Source of the DNA: Spirochaetia bacterium
GTDB taxonomy: Bacteria; Spirochaetota; Spirochaetia; WTKD01; G963693115
Direction: 5' to 3'
Length of the DNA: 64,000 nt
NCBI GenBank assembly: GCA_965226055.1
Contig: CBDDCA010000004.1
Location: 64,001 to 128,000, forward strand
Translations under genes and position numbers: made by a program
The notes under the pieces: model-generated
Told to the model about the DNA's origin: nothing
The model's input: the letters and a program-made list of their open reading frames with translations, nothing else
Database searches by the model: none
Shown: positions 60,673 to 64,000 of the stretch, piece after piece
Layout: every line of letters begins with the position of its first letter
Position numbering within the stretch: the stretch's first letter is position 1

Positions 60673-62151
60673 TTATAATTCCTTATAACTTTTTTCTCGT
60701 TTTTCTATTAATATATCACGTAACTCTTTTAATGTTTTATTGATAGATACCTTGTACAGATGAGGATTTAATAATCGCTTGTAGCTGTGGTCAAGGCATG
60801 TGAAATTGTCTGCTACTTGTTGTTTGATAGAGCTAAGACTAGTATGTAGTTGTTTCTGTCCTTTGTGTAAAACGCATGCAAGGAGTGGAAAGGCTTGTAT
60901 ATTATTGGGAAGTTGAAATTTACGAGTATCAAGATACGGATGATATACTGTCTGTAACGAAAAAGAGGTGTTTGTAGGGACATCTGTAGTATGTTCATGT
61001 ACCACTACATCAGCAACATACGATTGATGAGTATTTGTTTGTTGATAACATCGGTATATTTGTTTGATTCCGGGAAGTGAGTTTTTTTCTATGTTATTGG
61101 ATAGTTTTAATAATGGTTGTATATACTTATTACCAGTGTCAGAAGCTATCGTTTCTTTTGCACTTAGCTTATATACTCCACTAAGGCTTTCTTCAATACT
61201 GTTTGCCACAAGTTTTGTTCCTATCCCCCAACTATCGACAGGGCAATTATTTGCGGTAAGATCGGATATGATATACTCATCTAAGTTATTTGAAGCAACA
61301 ATAAATGCCTCTGTTAATCCTGCTTTGTTAAGTCCTTTGCGTACAGCATGTGAAAGATAGTCTATGTCACCACTATCAAGGCGCACCCCAAAATTTTTTC
61401 CTTGTTTTTGTAACATTTTTCCTACCTGTATAGCTGCAGGTAGTCCACTGCTAATGGTATTATAGGTATCTAATAGAAATACTGACATATCTGGGTACAT
61501 GCGAGCATAGGTATTAAAGGCTTCTATTTCATTTTCAAAATTCATGATCCAAGAATGCGACATAGTTCCAATATAAGGAATACTAAATTCTTTGCATGCA
61601 GCTACATTAGATGAAGCACTTGCTCCACCAATATATGCAGCTCTGCTTGCTAATATAGCGCCACTTGGTCCAGGTGCTCTACGTAATCCCATTTCAAATA
61701 TTTTTTTTCCTTTTGCTGCATAGGACATACGAGCGGTTTTTGTGGAAATATAACTACTGTAGTTAATGAAGTTTAGAATTAGCCCTTCTATAAGTTGAGC
61801 TTCTGCTACAGGAGCATGTACACGAATAAGCGGTTCGTTAGGGAAACATACAGTTCCTTCTGGTACGGCATATATTGTGCCACTAAATCGAAAATGAGAA
61901 AGATGATCGAGAAAGCTTTTTGTAAACTGCTTTGTGCTGTGTAAAAAATCTATATCTTCTTTTTTGAAATGCAAATTACTAATAGTATCAAGCAAGGGGG
62001 CTAATCCTGAAAAAACAATGTAGCCCCCATGCGGAGCACTACGAAAAAACATATCGCATACCACATTGTAATCATGCTTGGCATTGTAATACCCTTGCAT
62101 CATAGTGAGTGTATAAAAATCAGTAAATAATCCACTTAAATTGAAATCCAC
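60673..62151 (-). CDS. pncB: Nicotinate phosphoribosyltransferase
   Basis: LFTDFYTLTM; EMGLRRA; GTMSHS; LLDTY; GVRLDSGD; WGIGT; GVYKL; GTG at 62151 preferred over TTG at 62175. Confidence 0.95.
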   Translation of the reverse strand: MDFNLSGLFTDFYTLTMMQGYYNAKHDYNVVCDMFFRSAPHGGYIVFSGLAPLLDTISNLHFKKEDIDFLHSTKQFTKSFLDHLSHFRFSGTIYAVPEGTVCFPNEPLIRVHAPVAEAQLIEGLILNFINYSSYISTKTARMSYAAKGKKIFEMGLRRAPGPSGAILASRAAYIGGASASSNVAACKEFSIPYIGTMSHSWIMNFENEIEAFNTYARMYPDMSVFLLDTYNTISSGLPAAIQVGKMLQKQGKNFGVRLDSGDIDYLSHAVRKGLNKAGLTEAFIVASNNLDEYIISDLTANNCPVDSWGIGTKLVANSIEESLSGVYKLSAKETIASDTGNKYIQPLLKLSNNIEKNSLPGIKQIYRCYQQTNTHQSYVADVVVHEHTTDVPTNTSFSLQTVYHPYLDTRKFQLPNNIQAFPLLACVLHKGQKQLHTSLSSIKQQVADNFTCLDHSYKRLLNPHLYKVSINKTLKELRDILIEKREKSYKEL

Positions 62152-62258
62152 CTGTAATAGTATACCAGTAATCAAAGAAATGTGTGCGAAGAAGAGGGGC
62201 TACATACAGACTCAAACCTGAAAGGTGGTATTAATTTGTTACTCTAGTTGAATGCTAT

Positions 62259-63080
62259 TTAGTATTCTGTATTAGCTGTATAAGATTGTTGTAGGGTAGC
62301 AGTTATTTCTTTTTCAAACCATTTCACAAGGGCAAACATCCTATATAAAAGGCTTTTTGTTGCTCGTAATCGTATTCCTTCAAAAGGCATACTAATATTG
62401 CTATAGCTAACAGCATATATTGTAAATGTGTTTTTTTTTCTTTGAATGAGAATATTGTTCAATAAAGTCTTTGGTGATGCAATAAGAATAAAAATATTAT
62501 AAAAAACATGCTCTAAATTTTTAATTGAAATGAGAAATTCATGTGAGTCTTTATACATAATGTCATAACTAAACAGCCCTTTGCCAAAAGAGCTATCGTG
62601 CTTAAAAATAGTTGTTTGCATTGATGGTTGAAGGATAGAAGGAACTATGTCTTCTATGGGAGTTTTATCGTCTTTTGATACAACAGTATATATATCCTTA
62701 ATAAAAGTGCGATATGTTTGACGACTGTTAGAGTAGTATGTTATATTTTTTTGAGAGCGTATTGAAAGTAAGGTTTTTAATGTGAGTAAATCAATCTCAG
62801 TATCTGTTATAGTTTCAAGATATTCTTGTGGTATAGTAAAAGAGTAGTGTAGCTCGCTCCCTATGTTAGGAGTTTGCTCTTCTATTGTCTTTTGTACTGT
62901 ATCAATGAGTACAGAAGCAGGAGCTAGCTGAATAGAAAAAGGTTGAGTGTATAAAAAATGAGGAAACTCTGGAGCAGGAATTTTTTCTTCTGCATATGCT
63001 AAGATATGAGCAAAAAGTACAAAGCAAGCTATTATTCCATAATGTAGGGTACTGCTATGATTATATTTAAAAGAATTCAC
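62259..63080 (-). CDS. Exported hypothetical protein (spirochaete DUF6675-like)
   Basis: Signal peptide; ITYYSNSR...D..FG pattern recalled from spirochaete DUF6675 proteins; GAGGA SD. Confidence 0.55.
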   Translation of the reverse strand: MNSFKYNHSSTLHYGIIACFVLFAHILAYAEEKIPAPEFPHFLYTQPFSIQLAPASVLIDTVQKTIEEQTPNIGSELHYSFTIPQEYLETITDTEIDLLTLKTLLSIRSQKNITYYSNSRQTYRTFIKDIYTVVSKDDKTPIEDIVPSILQPSMQTTIFKHDSSFGKGLFSYDIMYKDSHEFLISIKNLEHVFYNIFILIASPKTLLNNILIQRKKNTFTIYAVSYSNISMPFEGIRLRATKSLLYRMFALVKWFEKEITATLQQSYTANTEY

Positions 63081-63175
63081 TATTACTATCCTCGTACACT
63101 GTTCTTATAGATTGGTCTTATAAATTGGCCTTATAAACTAGTGTAATATATTGTATTATTAGTATACTAGAATGT

Positions 63176-64000
63176 ATGGGTAGCTCTCAATATATTATTT
63201 TTGCAGGAGGAGGGAGTGGAGGTCATGTATTTCCTGGATTAGCAGTGTGGGAATCTTTACAGGAACGAGATATGTGTAATTGTATATGGATAGGATCTCA
63301 CAATGGACCTGAAAAATCACTTGTTACTAAGTACGGAATTCCTTTTTATGCAATAGCAACTGGAAAATTGAGGCGATATATGTCACTGAAAAATGTAAGT
63401 GATATATATCGTATTATGATGGGTATTGTGCAAGCACGGAAATTATTGAAAAAACATAAAGCACGATATGTTATCTCTACGGGAGGGTTTGCTTCTTTTC
63501 CTGTTGTGTTTGCTGCATGGACTTTAGGGATACCTGTAGCAAGCGTTATACTTGATATTAGTCTTAGTTTAGCAAATAAGCTCAATAAAGCATTTTCTTC
63601 TGTGTTGTTCTTTTCGTATGCTTTAACTATGGATAAGGTAAAAAGTAAAGTTCCGAAAGTATATTCTGCGTATCCTGTACGTTCCCAAATATATGCAGCA
63701 AACCCAGTTCTTATCGAACAATTATACGATGTCAATGTATATGATAAAAGAGTACATAACAATACTTCCTCCGTGTATCAGAAACATAAGAAAATTATTT
63801 TTTGTGTGGGAGGAAGTCTTGGTGCAAAACAAATAAATGATGTAGTCGTTCATCTACGAAAAGTACTTTCGGATGATGTGCTTATATTTCATCAGAAAGG
63901 GAAGCAACTTGAACAACAGGTTTCTCACATACAAAAAGGCAATACACAACAAGAAAGCATATCTCCCCATAATTATATTCAAAAAGATTTTTTTTCAAAA
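63176..64000 (+). CDS. murG: MurG glycosyltransferase (3' truncated by window; not in ORF track)
   Basis: Translation from ATG 63176: MGSSQYIIFAGGGSGGHVFPGLAV...IATGKLRRY...STGGF...GLANK...GGSLGAKQIN. Confidence 0.93.
   Translation, partial: MGSSQYIIFAGGGSGGHVFPGLAVWESLQERDMCNCIWIGSHNGPEKSLVTKYGIPFYAIATGKLRRYMSLKNVSDIYRIMMGIVQARKLLKKHKARYVISTGGFASFPVVFAAWTLGIPVASVILDISLSLANKLNKAFSSVLFFSYALTMDKVKSKVPKVYSAYPVRSQIYAANPVLIEQLYDVNVYDKRVHNNTSSVYQKHKKIIFCVGGSLGAKQINDVVVHLRKVLSDDVLIFHQKGKQLEQQVSHIQKGNTQQESISPHNYIQKDFFSK

Noticed and set aside
62176-62250. GC-richer stretch upstream of pncB as a possible NAD riboswitch
   Set aside because: Only a 4-bp hairpin is visible, I recognise no riboswitch consensus, and it lies upstream of the likely extended -10 promoter; a covariance-model search would settle it.
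63103-63141. 13-mer triplet as an oriC unwinding element
   Set aside because: No DnaA-box cluster or dnaA/dnaN nearby, and the intergenic region is under 100 bp.
63346-63762. 138-aa minus-strand ORF
   Set aside because: Antisense to murG, which the track missed because it runs off the window.

Overview
Low-GC chromosomal window, most likely from a spirochaete (inferred from the RpoB RRLNAL motif, FA.G..E-type solute-binding signal peptides and a DUF6675-like gene). It opens inside a giant repeat-rich surface protein, followed by the tRNA-Thr/tRNA-Trp-secE-nusG-rplKAJL-rpoBC cluster. Next come a small decayed defence-like spot (hsdS remnant, PycTM-like membrane protein, unannotated 50-aa ORF), a 10-gene TRAP-linked acid-sugar operon and a DUF262/DUF1524 gene. 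The middle holds nrdR, a glycosyltransferase/glucosylglycerate-phosphorylase pair, epmA, repair genes, a xylose ABC/xylA operon, a WD40 lipoprotein and hppA. The last third has a 2-oxoacid dehydrogenase E1alpha-E1beta-lipoyl-FabH fusion, a pentapeptide-repeat islet, an intact IS481-family element with 14-bp target duplication, an M16 peptidase, ftsK, djlA, pncB and a truncated murG. The best novelty candidates are the E1-lipoyl-FabH fusion (possible CoA-independent fatty-acid priming) and the unusual acid-sugar operon. All family calls come from motif recognition by eye, with no database search.
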